NCBI GenBank assembly: GCA_013239625.1 | Contig: MU055530.1 | Coordinates: 280,678 to 344,677, forward strand | Source of the DNA: Lama guanicoe | Lineage: Eukaryota | Direction: 5' to 3' | Length of the DNA stretch: 64,000 bases | Part shown: positions 11,910 to 25,752 of the stretch, one piece after another | Layout: each line of letters starts with the position of its first letter | Position numbering within the stretch: position 1 is the first letter of the stretch | Notes under the pieces: generated by a model | Seen by the model: only the letters and a program-made list of their open reading frames with translations | The model's database searches: none | Told to the model about the DNA's origin: nothing | Program-made: the position numbers and the translations under genes

Positions 11910-14049
11910 CCTGCCTTGTTTACTGCCTGCCTAAAGGGATAAGCTAAGTGGTGGGGGCTGGGCCAACCCCGCAGGCCCTCTGATTCTGGATTGGATACTT
12001 TCCCCACTCCAGGTCAGCTGCCTGGTATTGGGTCCACCCATGTGTTCTCTTCTGATCCCTGTGTTGACCCAGGCAGGAAGGCAGCTTAAGAGACACTCCG
12101 CAGAAGCACTGGATGACTGTCCTGCTCTTTGTCTGCCAGGGATCCAAAGGTCTGCGAAGATGCTAGCCAGACAAGGGAAACAAGAGAGAAGGGAATGACT
12201 TTTTTTTTTTTTAAGAAGAGTTCACAAAGTTTAGTGAAGTTCTGCGTGAACCCACGGTTGGTCAGGCACTGGGTTTGCTCCCTTGGAGGTTACTGGTTGA
12301 AAGTGAAGGGTGGCCAGTAATTCTGAAATCGGGCTGCTGGCTGTGCACCATCGGGCCTGCTGTGTGAATAGTGAATTTGGCAGCGAAGTATTTGGTATGA
12401 TTTTTGAGTCCTTTGTTCCCAGAGGTTAGTACCAATCACCTGCATGGCACTTTTTAGCATCCTTGCGAAGGCAGCTCTGTGTAATCAAAACAGCTCTCAG
12501 TGAGGAACGATGAGAGCTGGACTTGAGTCTCCTGGGCTCGACGTCTCACCTTGCTGGGGTGTCTGATGGCCATTAGTCTCGGTTTGCTTGTTTATAAAGG
12601 GGAAATGATGATGCTTCTTGTTCTCTCTGGTGCTATCGTTGAGTCTGCAATAGTGCATGAAAAAATACTTCGTAAACCAAAAAGGGCTATTTATATTCAT
12701 CAGTATCCATTTTATACCTTCCTCTGGATTTCAAAGCATTTCATAAGTGCACATAAATACCCTGAGAGAGATTGCGCTGCTTCACCTAGCTCCTTTTAAT
12801 AGCCAGCGTCTCTTTTTATCAGATTTCCGTGCAAATGTCATTTCCTTAGGGAGGCCACCCCCTACTTGGTCCTTCTGTCCTCTCATAGGATCTGTGGCCG
12901 CACCCCTCTCTTCTGAAGCACTTGTGGCAACTGTATTCCCGGTGTCTGGCAGGGTGCCCACCTTTGCTCAGTCGACTTTTATTGAGTGACTGAGAAAATT
13001 AATCTTAGTTGATAACCATGTGAGCATGAAGCAGTGAAACTTAGGGAGGCTCCACCGAGGGGGTGTCAGGAAGAAACAATTCAGATCTGACCAACCGTCT
13101 ACCTTCACCAGGGCCTCTGGTGTGCGGAGAGCCCGGCCGGGCTCCAGCCTGGCAGCTGGTGTTCTATTACTCTCCTGCCTTTGGAACCTGCTGTAGCTGC
13201 TGGAAGGGAAGCCTCAGGTCGGGAAGGGGAGAGGCATCCTGTTGGGCCTTCAGTGCTGGAAAGGAGAAGGCTGTCCTTGTGGCCAGAGACCAGGTTTCTG
13301 ACCATTAAAAACCCAGGGAGCAGAGCCCTGCAGTAGAAATGTGGTACAGCTTCATGGAGGCTGTGCAGCCTGGACCTGGTGGGGTGAGTGTGTGCAGCCA
13401 CGGGCACTTGGAGATATGTGGTCCCGCATCGTGGCTCCTGTGGCTGTGGGCTGGGTAAACTCTTGACTGTATTGCAAACAGCTTTCCCAACAGTCCAGCA
13501 TGGGATCGGAGCTGGCTGTTGAACCGTGACTTGATTTCTCAAGAGTGGCCGCTCGGGACTGTTGTTGGTCAGTAGCCCTGACAAAATGGTCTGGTGACCA
13601 GGAAATGGCCAAGCCCTCCCTTCTCCCACAACTCCCTTCCAGAATTGCCACCTCTTCCAAAAATTTCTCTCAAGAAAACAAACATAAGTTGGCCCTGGGT
13701 GCTCTTGGGAGAACAGGAATGAAATGCTGCTGAGGGAACCTCCAGAGCAGCGACTGGAGCTGTGAGTGCCTCATAGCACGTTTCCCTCCCCACAGGCATT
13801 AAGGCCCTGCACGTAGCCTCTTTTCTTCATACATTCAGACACACAATCCATATTTTACCTGCTCTGGGAAGCTTTGTCCAGGGATCACTTCATCCCTTTA
13901 TGTAACTCCTCCTTAGCGGCTACCCTCAGCATCATTTGCTCCTTTTTCATTAATTGTTTTCCTTCTCTTCCCAAGTTCAGAGTTGGCAAGTCTACCTCTG
14001 AACAGCTTAGGTTGTAACACCAACCTCCTTTTCATTATTTTAGCATGGC

Positions 14050-14527
14050 CCTATTAATTTCCTATTGCTGCTGTAACAAATTACTACAAACATAGTGGCT
14101 GAAAACAACACAAGTTTATTATCTTACAGTTCTGGAGGTCAAAATTCCAAAATGGGGCTAAAAATCAAGAAGCTGGCAAGGCTGCTTTCCTTCTGAGACT
14201 CTAGAGAGACTCCGTGCCCTTGCTTTTCTGGCTTCTAGAGGCCGCCTGAATTCCGTAGTCCTTGGAACCTTTCCATCTTCAAAGCCAGCAATCACATCAC
14301 TCTGACCTCTTTGACTCTGACTCTCCTGCCTCCCCCTTGCATGTATAAGGACCTTGGTCATTACATTGGCTCCTCCTCCTTCCCCATCCCAGGATTCTTA
14401 ATTTATTCACCTCTGTAGAGTCCCTTTTGCCATATCAAGGTAACATATTCACAGGTTTTGGTGATTAGTGGGCAATTTGGGGGTGCGGTGTAAGCAGTGT
14501 GGTGGTGGCGCTATTCTGCCTACCACA
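14050..14527 (-). mobile_element. MaLR LTR, MLT1C/D-type
   Basis: tattaatttcctattgctgctgtaacaaattactacaaa..cttacagttctggaggtc..cttcaaagccagcaatcacatcactctgacctc..tattctgcctaccaca. Confidence 0.85.
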
Positions 14528-14929
14528 GAGGGATGACAGTATTAGGCTTTTGTAGCAGGGATTGGAAAGATTCCACCCCTTTACTTGAGGGGTCAGGAAG
14601 AACTAACTTCAAATCCAATTTCTTCTGTTGACTAGCTAAATGACTTTGGACCCATTTCTGACTCTATCAGTCTTTAATTATCCGTAAAATTGGGATGTCT
14701 CCTTTACAGTTTGACGTGAGTGCAGGCAAAGCACTGAGCGAAGTGCCGACCACATGTGTTGTGCACCGTACGTAGTAGTTCCCTTCCCTTGTGTGTATTG
14801 GGCAGGGACAGTGGCTCAGAAAAGCATACAAGCTGGCTGTCAGACACACTTAAGCACCTGGTAAATGTTAGCTGTTAGTGACATCAGCTTTGCATGTCGA
14901 TTGATTTTTTTCCCCTTAGTCTGAAGATG

Positions 14930-16205
14930 AGTGTTTCTCAAAATGGGTTCTGTGGCTCTCTTGGAATTTAGGGGTGTATTCTCTGGCATCTGAGTTCTTT
15001 ATAAGAATAAAAAAAGTTGTGTTCATTTGATCCAATGACAACTAAAAAGCCTATTCTGGACTCTTGGAAGGACCATGTTTTGCCTGAGTGCTGTCAACTG
15101 ATTTTATTGTCCACCGTTGTGTTTGTTTCCTTGTGTTGGCACCAAATAGTTCTCTTGTAATTGTCATGCACTGAAGAAAAAGCTTCCAGTATGTCTGTAA
15201 TGAATTCCTTTAAGGTGGAGGATAAATGACCATACTGCACCTTGTAGGAATTAAGATTTGGTGGTGGTTGGAACAGAGGAAAGTGGTCGAAAAATGAAAT
15301 CAGCACATGGAGCCCAGGACTGTAGGCAAGGCTGCAGTGCAGCCAGGCTCCCTGCAGTGGCCGAGTTGCTTGTGGCTTGTGTGACTGGTGTTTGTTCTGG
15401 TTAGCTCCAGTATCTCTTCTGATTTGTTGGCACCTGTCTGTCTTAGTTGTCAGAGTACTGAGTATCGCCCAAGTCTGTGTATGCTGGATTCAAAAGAACT
15501 CACCACATATTCTTGTTGTGAGCAGTGATATAATTTCAGTTAAATAACAGACTCTTCTCTGACATGAACATCTTTACCTGGAATTTACTGGTTATGCTAT
15601 TTGTGTTTAATTCATAAATTTGTAAAAGACCTGTATGTGTAAGTAGTTTATATCCAGCTTTATGTTTAGATATTTAAATAACGTTATACATGATTTTCCA
15701 ACACTTTTTGGTAACAGCTTTATTAAGGCATGATTCTCATATACTGTACAACTTACCCATTTAAAGTATATAACTCAGTGGTTGTTTAGTGTATTCATAG
15801 GGTTGTACAACCATCACTATAATCTATTTTAGCACATTTTCATCACCCCAAAAAGAAACTCTGCACATCTTAACCTTCACCTTCCAGTCTTCCCCAAGGC
15901 CTCCAGCCCCAGGCAACCACTAATCTACTTTCTGCCCCAATGGATTTGTCTATTTTTGGACGTTTCTTACAAAAATGGCATCATACAATACATGGCCCTT
16001 TTGACTGGCTTCTTTCACTTTGCGAAATGTTTTCATGGTTTATCCATGTTAAGGCATGTGTAAGCACTTCATTTCTTTTTATTACTGAATAATATTCCAT
16101 GGTGTTGATATACCACATGTCATTTATTCATTCAGATGCTGAGTGTTTGCAATTTATTTTTCCTTGAAAAGAAGCCCAGAGTATTAAATTTTAGAGAACG
16201 TTTGA
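14930..16205. mobile_element. Possible decayed hAT-Charlie element interrupted by L1MB
   Basis: Left end gtgtttctcaaaatgggttctgtgg resembles a Charlie TIR; AT-rich interior at 15450-15700; weak right end after the L1. Confidence 0.3.
15705..16140 (-). mobile_element. L1MB7/8-type 3' end
   Basis: aacagctttattaagg..cattttcatcaccccaaaaagaaactctg..ccaggcaaccactaatctactttctg..ctgaataatattccatgg. Confidence 0.88.
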
Positions 16206-16739
16206 TGTGGCTTGAGGAGTGTGTGATGGGATGCTTATGGTTGTTGTCTTCTCAGCCAAAGGGAACAAATCATTGCTTTCGTAGGTAATCTGGGATGAGA
16301 CAGTCTCATCAATATAAAGAAAGGTGCACTGATAGAATAACTTAATTTCTTCCCACTCATTTAAAAAATGCATTATCTGTAAGCAGAGAAGAGTTAGTAA
16401 GAATCAGCTGTTGTCAAAGCTAACCCATGCTTGCTTTTAAAGATGTATTACTTTATTACAGCCATTTATGCTCAAGAGTAAGAAGTAATGTAATTGAGCT
16501 TTCACAGGAGCGTTTGAATATTGCCTGGCTCAGCCCACAGTGTCTTGTGCCGACCTACTTAATGCCCGGGGGTCTTTTTAAAGCCAACAGTGTTTATCCG
16601 TCCCATCAGGAGGAGATGAAGAACCAACCCCAGGTCCTTGCTGCCGTGTTAACCAGTCTCTGGGCACCCATTTGTTCATGTTCCTGCCATTAGTAACTGA
16701 TTGCACTGAGCATCTACTGCTTGTATTAATGTCTTCTGT

Positions 16740-17075
16740 GCATTTTTAAAAAGTATGTACATAATATTTATCATTTTAACCATTTGTAAGTGTCCATTAT
16801 TGTCACCACTATCTATACCCAAAACCTTTTCCTCATTCCCAACATGAACTCTCTACCCAATGAACAGTAACTCTGTCTTTCCTCTCAGCCTCTGGTGACC
16901 TCTATTCTACCGTCTGTCTCTGATTTTTGCTTATTCTAGTTTCCACATATAAGTGGAATCTTGGATAATATTTGTCCTTCTCTGTCTGGCTTACTACCAT
17001 GAATGTTTCAAGGACCACCCATGTTGAAGCATAAATCAAATTTCATTCCTTTTTATGGCTGAATAGTATTCTCTG
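16740..17075 (-). mobile_element. L1MB-type 3' end fragment
   Basis: tttatcattttaaccatttgtaagtgt..ccacatataagtggaatc..ttcattcctttttatggctgaatagtattc. Confidence 0.8.
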
Positions 17076-17869
17076 CTGTGACTTTTTGCACTTACTGCAT
17101 TATCCAGGCTTTGGTGTGTGGCTGTTTCTTCTCAGGACCAAAAGCAGCATATTGTGGTCAGGGATGCACAGTCATGGAACAAGGCATCCTCAGCAGTGAA
17201 CACTGAGGACCTGAGCTGCTGGAGGGAGCCCTTTTTGATCCCTGCTGAAAGCCTGATCTGTCACTTATGTAGTACTATAATTGTTAAAGTCAGTTGTCAT
17301 GTCCATTGTCGCCTAATTTTGGTCTCCAATAACCTTATAAAGAGCAAGTATCACCCCTGTTTTACAGATAAGGGCCATCTGTGAAATGTGAATGACTTGC
17401 TTAAACTATTTATCTTATTGTTGTCCTTATCAGTGATGACGAGACTTGATTCTAGACTTTGCCGTGTGCTGTGTGTCACGCTCCATGGGAAATGCTTCCA
17501 CAAGTACTATGTTACTTGATCTTCACAACTCTCCATCTCCTTTCATAGATGATTTAACCGAGGCGCAGAGGGTACACACCTTGCCCTAGATCGCAGAACT
17601 GGTAAGTGGGGAATCTAGGATTCCCTCCAGAGCTTGAACGAGGTATAGTTGTAGTACCAGAGCCAAGCAAAGACCTCCAGTGTGCTTACTCCTGGGTCAG
17701 GGATCCTGCAGGAACATGCTGTTTCCACTTTACCAAGTATCTGTCCAGGCAGCGTCATCCATGTCCCTGATTGTGCCTTTTTCCAAACTGGGAACACTGC
17801 CAGACAGTGTAGAGCACTAGATGTAAATAAGGCCATCATTTGATTTTTTATAAAGTACTTTTAAGATTT

Positions 17870-18760
17870 TGAGACTCGTATATCCTGTGTGACACCCTCC
17901 ATTTGGATATCCCAAAGGCACCTTAAATTCAATATGTCAGAAACGGAATTCATCATTGCCACAGCCTTTGGTCAGAACCCTCTCCCCTGCAGGTTTTTTT
18001 TTTTTCTTTTTATGTTTTCGTATCTCATTGAAAAGTATTTTATCAATCCAATAATCTAAGCTGGAAACCTCAGGGTCACCTTAGACGTTTCTCTGTCAGT
18101 AGCCTCTACATTAATCACCCGTACTGATTTTGCCCCCTAAATATTTCTCAAATGTGTCTCTCCCTCTCCATCCCTACCTGGGGGAATCTATGTCATCTTA
18201 CAGTAGCCCTTCAGATTGTCTCTGTGCCCTAGGCTTGTCCCTTTCCTACCCATCCTCCACACTGTCGCCTGGCTTATCTGGCTCATCCGTCTAAATGCAG
18301 GTCTGTAGGAGTTGTCCTGCTTAAAACCTCATGATGGTGGTTCATCACTTGCAGGCTGGAGTCTGGACTCTGAGCAAGGCATGCGCTAAGGCCATGGTGA
18401 CCACAGTGGCAGTCCTGCTGTTCTCAGTGCCCTGCACTTGTCCTGTTGGCTCCCGCCTCCATTCCTGCTCTTGCCTCTGCCTGGGATGCTCCCCCTTCTC
18501 CCGGTGGCCTCCTCAGGACTCAGCTGAACTTCTGCTTATCCTTCATGAACCAGTTTGGGCTTCCATTCTCTCTGTCTCTACACTTAGACAACAATATATG
18601 TGTCTCCTTCATATGATAATCATCTTGAGAGCCATGGGGTGAATGCTAATTCTTTTGTAAAACAGGAACAATGTCAACTCTGTTAGAATTAAAGCCAACA
18701 GCGATGTCAGGTCCTTAGCATGTGCCTGGCCTATAATGGATATTCAGGGAATGTCAGCAT
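17870..18760 (+). mobile_element. L2 LINE fragments
   Basis: ctccatttggatatcccaaaggcaccttaaattcaatatgtc..aagctggaaacctcagggtcaccttagac..ctgcttaaaacctc..tagcatgtgcctggcctataatgg. Confidence 0.75.
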
Positions 18761-18859
18761 CTTCTCTCTGTGTCTCTGCTGCATTTGTGATTGGAGAAAA
18801 CTTTCCCTGGGCATCCACACGCACTGTCATTTGCTGCAGTGTTTCCTTCTGAGCTGTTC

Positions 18860-19050
18860 TGGACTTGGAGGCAGAAACCCTTTGATTATTTTCCTGCTCC
18901 ACTATTGTGACTTTGGGCAAGTGAATTTCTCTGAACCTCAGGCTGCTACTTTGTGAAGTGAGGATCGTCTTTGCCCAATTTCCTCATAGCTGTTTCCTCC
19001 GGGTTAAATGAGATACCACATAGAAGGCTTTGTAAATTGCCAAGTGCACA
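18860..19050 (+). mobile_element. MIR SINE
   Basis: tgtgactttgggcaagtgaatttctctgaacctcagg..gggttaaatgagata. Confidence 0.7.
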
Positions 19051-22000
19051 TATAGATAGTGACGTTTGGGCCCAGAAGGCAGCAAGATGAGTGCCACAAG
19101 CCCCTTGGTCAGGACCCCTTGCTGGTAGAATTTCCTCCCTGGCGTTGCTGTCCATGGTTGAATCTGGTGCCTCCGTCACCAGGTCTAGATGGAAAACTTG
19201 CTGTGTCTGTCTGTTCTGTAGCGCCTGGCCCTCTGGCACTGCGTCAGGGTGACAGCTAACAGGCAGCTGCTGCTGCTTCATCTTCTGTCTCTGGAGAGAT
19301 GTGTAACCACGCTGTGGGGATGACAAATCACTTCTCCGCAAGGAGCTCAACCCTGCTATCTAACAGTTGGAATCCCCGTTGTCAGTGTGATATTAGCAAT
19401 TTACCCTGTTTCCTTAACCACTAACCATCTTGAGAAGATCTGGGATTCTCCTTTAATGCTATTAATAGTCTCATCAACCCGAGGGCTTGTTAAACAGGTG
19501 AAGCGCACACCTTGGATTTCTGCTGAGAACTGTCACTCTGAGCTCTTTTTCCTCACAGAGCTTCTCTCTTGTAGCTGCCGGAGCCCTGGGCTTTTGTTCC
19601 TCTCCTTTTAAAGGCCTTGGTGGGGGGAGCATGGACTCTGGAGCCCCAGGCTTGACCCTCTGCTTGGCTAGGACTTGTGTCCAGAGTGACTTTCTCACCC
19701 CTGCCTCCAGGAGGTTGTGAGGCTGACCATTTCCATGTGGGAAGTCAGTATCCCCTCTTGCCTTTCCCTCCGGCTGGCTCAGCTCTTCCCAAGACGTTCC
19801 AGGCTCCTCTCTCTCCAGCTGCTCATGGAGTGAGGCCTCTTGCCTTTGCTGTGTGCTCCAGAGCAACCCTGCTTGCTGCCTGACAGCCTGCAGCCTTTCT
19901 GCAAGAGGACCTCTTTGGAAGGGGCAAGCAGTTCCAAACAGCTCAGACACAGACTTCATCTTATTTCCTTGTTGACAGCCATGTCAGCCTCTACTGTGTT
20001 TTGTCACTCGTGGACCCAGCTAACTAAGTTTTTTGTTTATCCTGGCCCAGGAGAAGATGGAAGAGAAGGCAGTTTGAATAGTTCTGGGTATATATGAGTT
20101 GTGAATATTTTAAAAATTTGACTTGGTGTCTCCTCCATTCTTTTTCCTGGTGGAAAAACCAGAAAAGAAGAGGCAGGGAATGGTTTCATTTCTTTTAGGT
20201 GATACTGATACCTGAACATCAGACACAGAAGAATCAAGTGTCAAATTCAAAAATAAGTAACAGTGATAGCGAGCCTGCAGTAAATACCAGTGTGTAACAG
20301 GTACTGTTTTAAGCATTTGGCCTCTAGTTCTCACTTAATCCTCTCAACTGCTTTATGAAGGGGAGTGTCGATAACGTGCCCAAAGTCACACAGTCAGTAA
20401 GTGGCCGGGGCTCCGGCTCTGGACCCGGGCTCTTGACAGCTCCACTGCCTCCCCAAGGTGGACGTAGATCACCACCAAGTCACCCTGTTTGAAACTGTCT
20501 GCAAGTTGGACATCACGTGCCAACTGCAGAGTGCAGCCGTGCCCTCTCTGTCGGACCTTTCCCTGCACGGAGCCAGCAGTGGTCTGTATTAGCGCCACTC
20601 TGTTGAAACGGGCCCCACCCCACCCCCTCCTCTCGGGGCTGTTGGTTGAGCCAGTCTGCTCAGCTAGCAGCTGCCGAAGCAGCCTGTCCTCCTGGTCCCG
20701 TCAGCGAGGCTTTGCGACAGCGGCTGGTACAGCTGCTCCACAGGGTCAGGCTGCTCAGGGAGAGGGTGGTAGCAGGGTCCCCAGAGGAGGCTGCCTGCTC
20801 CCTTGGAAGAGGAGAGGCCTAGAAGTCCCCGTGCATCGTCTGAGGCTTGTGGGCACGTGGGTTGGTTTGTCGCTCCTTGAAAAACTAAGATGAGGCCCTA
20901 GTAAAGACAATAAATAGAAGAGAGGCCCCAAGCCTACAAAAAACCTCTACCTTCTCCAGATGGGATAAAAGCTGCTGTTCCTCATTGAGCAGGAGGCCGA
21001 AGGGGCTGCAGGGGCTGCAGCTGCATCCAGCTTCGATTCCTGAGCGTCCGAATCAGGCCTGCTTTGAGCAGCGTTGTCTCCACCTGGCGAGCAGTTTGCA
21101 GCCACAGCTTCTCTTCCTCCTGGGGAGCTGAGCTGGGCTGTCTTCTGAGCACTGGACTCTGTGGTCAGAAGAGAAAGTCTGGCTCTGCTGGCTGGGATTT
21201 CTGAAAGAACGACGGGATGCTAACAGCCTTGCAGGACGCCAGGCACCGCTTCCAGGTGAGGGCCCTCTTTGGATGGGCTCTAGAGCAGCACTGGCCTATC
21301 CTTGCCAGTGACTCTGTTGATCTGAGCCCTGGTTTGACTTTTTCCTCAGTGCCTGCAGTCTTCTGGTCAACCCCACCTCTCCCCCCCCAGTTTTCTCTTT
21401 TACAGAATTCCTGTCTTCAGACCTGACTGGATTTCTTGGCTTGCGCATCTGGTCTTCATTTAGCAGGGATGACACTTAATTTAAGTAAGAGCTTGGCTTC
21501 CTTTAAACTGAACAGCTTCACCCTGCTGAGGGGGCCAGTGGGGAGTCAGTAGCTAGATGGTTATTGAAAGAGATCACATTGATTTATGGTTTTCACTTAA
21601 ATCCATGTAATTGTGTGGCTGGGCACTCAGACTGCACCTTTAAGAGTCTAGTGCTCTTGTCTCCAGACGGAGAGAGGTTTCTCCTGAGCCGGTGGGCAGG
21701 ACCACTGTATGCATGTGGCGTGCGTCCCTGCACCCTCATGGAGGAGACTGTGTTGGCAGAGCTGGCAGGCTCCCCGTGCCCCTAGCACACTGTGTCTGGA
21801 CTAGTATGAGGCCTGTCATGTCTCTGCTCAGAAGCCTTCAGTGGCTCCCCGTTGCCGGCAAATGAAGTACGGAGTTCTCAGCTGGTGGTCAGGGGCTTCC
21901 CTAAGCTGACTTCCTCATGCCTGTGTCCGTCATTGCCCAGTTCTCTGACCAAACTGAGTTCCTTACTAGTCTTCAGACATGTGGTGTCTGGTTTTTCCTG

Positions 22001-22282
22001 CCATCTGCCTTCAAGTTCTCCCCTTTCTCTGGGATTCCCTTCATTCCTTGGCCAGTCTCTATTCCTCAAGGCCCATTTCAAATGAAAATCTTTGCCATGA
22101 AATCTTTTCTGGTTTCTCTCAGCTGTACGTCCCCCTGTGCACGCAGCCACCCTCTGTGTCTCTCCTCAGGTACGTCGGCCTGCTTTGTTTTACACTTATT
22201 CTTAGTAAGTTGGACTACCTGAGAGTAGTGACCCTGGGTTGGTCACGTGTGTCCCCCAACAGAGCGGAACTCAGCTCCTGGA

Positions 22283-23050
22283 GTAGTGGTAATGCACACT
22301 TCCTGAGTGCTTGCTCTGCGCCAGTTCTAAGCACTGCGTGTATTTTCTCAGTAATCCTCACACGAGCTTTCAGAGACAGATGCTACGTGTAGTCCCATTT
22401 TACAGAAAAGATAATGGGGATAGAGAGGCTAAGTAATTTGCCCAAGGCCACTTGGCTAGCAAGTGGCAGAGCTGAGGTTCCGTATTATTCACAGTTCTCT
22501 AGAGACACAGAACCAACAGGGTAGATTTAATATATAGAAAGACATTTATGATGAAGGTTTGGCTCATGCGATTGTGGAGACTGAGAAGTCCCTTGATCTG
22601 CCGTCTGCAAGCTGGAGGCCCAGGGAAGCTGCTGGTGTAATTCCAGTCCAAACCCGAAGGCCCAGGAACCCGGGGAGCCAATGGTGTAAGTCCAGGTCTA
22701 AGTCCAGAGGCCTCAGAGTCAGGAGTGAGGATGTCCAAGGGCAGATGAGATGGATGTCCCAGCTCAAGCAATGCAGATCTGCCCCCTTTCCACCTTTTTG
22801 TTCTGCTCCGAGTCTCGGCAGATTGAATGATGCCAGGTCACACTGGTGAGGCTGTTCTTTACTTAGGCTTCTGATTCACATGCTAATAAGCTCTTCTGGA
22901 AACAGCCTCAGAGACACACCCAGAAATCATGTTTTACCTGCTCTCTTGGATTCCCTTAGCTCAGGTGAGCTGACAAAGATTAGCCGTCATGGATCCCCAC
23001 TCAAACTGCCTTTCTAGTCCAGGCTCTCTCCGCCCCTGCCACGTGGCCTC
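22283..23050 (-). mobile_element. MIR SINE split by the MLT2 LTR
   Basis: cccattttacagaaaag..gaggctaagtaatttgcccaaggccacttggctagcaagtggcagagctgaggttc|LTR|..tccaggctctc..ccacgtggcctc. Confidence 0.75.
22481..22990 (-). mobile_element. ERVL LTR, MLT2B-type, nested in a MIR
   Basis: (t/c)gtattattcacagttctctagagacacagaaccaacagg ... ggctcatgcgattgtggagactgagaagtccc ... gacacacccagaaat ... attagccgtcat. Degenerate 5-bp flanks GGTTC/GGATC. MIR sequence continues on both sides. Confidence 0.85.
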
Positions 23051-24639
23051 TTCCGTAGTAGGTGCTTGCTTCATACATGTTTACTGAGGAGAATTGCACT
23101 GAGGTCCAGAGATGTAAGTGTGCAGCAATAGATTAGTTTAAGAATAAGGAACAGGAAGAAGAGAAGAAGTGTAACTGGAATGAACAGGTGGGGAGAGAAT
23201 CAAGGAGAGCGAGGAAACCAAGGGGGCAGACCGGAGAGGAACACAGGAGGCGGAGCTCATCGTGAGGGGAAGCTTGGGGCTCCTGGTTGTGAAACCACGT
23301 TCAAGGTGCGGGGTGGCCGTACCCTGAGGCAGACACAGGGGTTGTCAGTGGTTGTACCTGGGTCCCGGCACACATGGCACAGTCACCTCACGTTCCAAGT
23401 GTGACTTAACAGCTTTTACCAAAAGGGGTAGGTGGGGGAGGATGCAGATACCAAGCTCTCCAAGCCGGCTGGTGAGGAAACGGAGGCCCAGAAAGGTTGA
23501 CTTGGCCTGGATCCCACTATGGGGACTAGAATTCAGGGCCCTGGTTCCTTCTGCTTTATTTTCATGCTTTTTAGAGAGTAACAAATGGCTTTCTCTCACC
23601 CTTACTGTTGTTGGAAGGGGTCGTTTAGAGTGTGTGGGTCTGCTTCTCTCCATCTTTTATTCTGCCTGTGTCTGTTACATCATGCATGTTTCCCTGTTTC
23701 TACAACTTCCACTTTGGTCCAGCCCCCTCCCCCCATCTCTTGCCTAATAAGTTGTGGTCTTCTTGCACTGGGCTTCTATACTTAGTTTTTATTATAGCCA
23801 ATGTTGTGTTTTCTATTCCTTGCCTCAACTGTTCCTACCCCTGAACTCTGAGCCTTCTGGTTCTAAGGATCCTGCAAGTGAGCTCTGAGACAATCACCTT
23901 TTAAAGGTCTTTCATCAGCATGCTCCACCTTTCTCTTTGTGCTCGTCTCCTTCCACTCACGCCTCGACATGAGCCACCTACTCTTTGAGTCCCACTTTTC
24001 CCTTGAGAGTTCATTCCATTTGTGACCTCTCTTCTCTCCTGTTGTGCTGCTTCTTGTGGCCGTATTACAATCAGTGTGTCGGTCATTTCTTCTCTATGGA
24101 GTCTTCTCAGTGCAGCAAAGGAAAGTCAATGACATTCTCCCACATCACCCTTTTTGGGTGACTCATTCCTTCTTATAACTCCATAACCCTTTATATGGAA
24201 AGATGTCACTCCCAAGGGACCCACTCACCAGCCCAAGGTGGGACTTCAGCCAGTGGGCTGCTTGATAGTGTGGCACAGAAAGACACGTGCTCAGTGGGAG
24301 AGACTTCCTCAGGTCTTACTCAGCCTACCCCCACTGTCCTTCACCCAGCACAAGCAAGACCTCTTTATAAAGCCATCCAGGAGCGCAAGTTCAGAACGAA
24401 CCCATCATGGATTGTGGGGCAGAGGGAGGAGAGCAAGCCACGTATCCACCAATAAATGGCAGCTAAAGGTAGACATGGATTATGCCTGTTCTGAAGAAGG
24501 AAGAATATATCTCACATTTCCTGGACAGTAGGGTAGCTGTAGCAACAGAAATATACGTACATCATGAGGTTCTGACTTTGAACTTAGAGATCTGAATCAC
24601 AGAGACCGAGTCTCTGTGGTGCATATAAACTGCTTCATC

Positions 24640-25752
24640 TCTTTTTTATTGAAGAGTGGTGTTAGAAGCCAAGGTCTGGGTGTAGGTGTGCATGTAGCTA
24701 CTGGCATGTCTTTGCTTCTAACTCTCAGCCGATAAAGCAAGGAAATAAATGTTTGTGTACTACTGTTGTATATATACTTGTTTATCGCTTTTTCTGTATG
24801 TAACCACCTGTATCTGTATTAAGCTAAACATAAATTAATATGATATCCCCAAATCTAATCCATTCGCACATGAATCATTCCAGCCTCCTCCCTTTGCTTA
24901 TCTATAACTTCCTATTTCAACAGTGACAAAACTGGCTCCACTGTCCACTTATTTAATTGTTCAACTCCAGTGTAGTGATTTAAGAATTGTTAACCCACAC
25001 TCCTGTGGGAGACAATTTTGACACCTACTGTCCAGTATTTAATATACAGTTCCTTTTGCCTTTCGTCTTACAGACTCTACTCATTTCCGACTGTTACTTT
25101 GGTCAGCACCTTTCCCTCACCTCCTGAAATGAGGTCGTTTCATGATTTGTAATTCATTGAGATTCTTTTGTCACGGTTTGCATTCCGTCCTGGAAGTTCC
25201 CCTTCCCCTCCCTCCTAAATTGTTTTCAAAAATTTGCATACATTAAGATTTACTCGTGTGTCAGTAAAGTTCTCTGGGTTTTTGACAAATGTTTAGTGTC
25301 TTGTGTTTACCATTACTGTATCATACAGAATAATTTCATTGCCCTAAATAATCCTTCTGTATTTCATCTATTTAGTTCCCCTTACTCCCAAATCCCCAGC
25401 AACCACTGATATGGATGCTGTCTCTATAGATACTGCTTTTTCCAGAATGTCATCTGGCTGGATCCAAACCGGCTTCTCTCATTTAGCAATATGCATGTAA
25501 GAGTCATCCGTGTCTTTTTGTGGCTTGATAGATCATTTCTTTTTATCGCTGCATAGTATTCCATAGTCTGGATGCACCACAGTCTGTTTATCCATTCACC
25601 ACTCATTCATTCATCCACTCAGTGTCCTTCACTGAAGGACTTCTTGATTTCTCCCAAAGTTTGGCAGTTATGAATAAAGCTACTGTAAACATTCACGTGC
25701 AAATTTTTATGTGGATGTAAGTTCCGAATCAGTTGGATAAACACCTAGAGGA
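24640..25752 (-). mobile_element. L1MC/L1MD-type 3' region
   Basis: gtggtgttagaagccaaggtctgggtgtaggtgtgc..gcatacattaagatttactc..atgaataaagctactgtaaacattcacgtgcaaatttttatgtggatgtaag. Confidence 0.85.

Noticed and set aside
6716-12000. Orthologue of the human intronic microRNA MIR4654 recalled near NOS1AP exon 2
   Set aside because: I could not find the mature sequence or a convincing hairpin here; needs an alignment.
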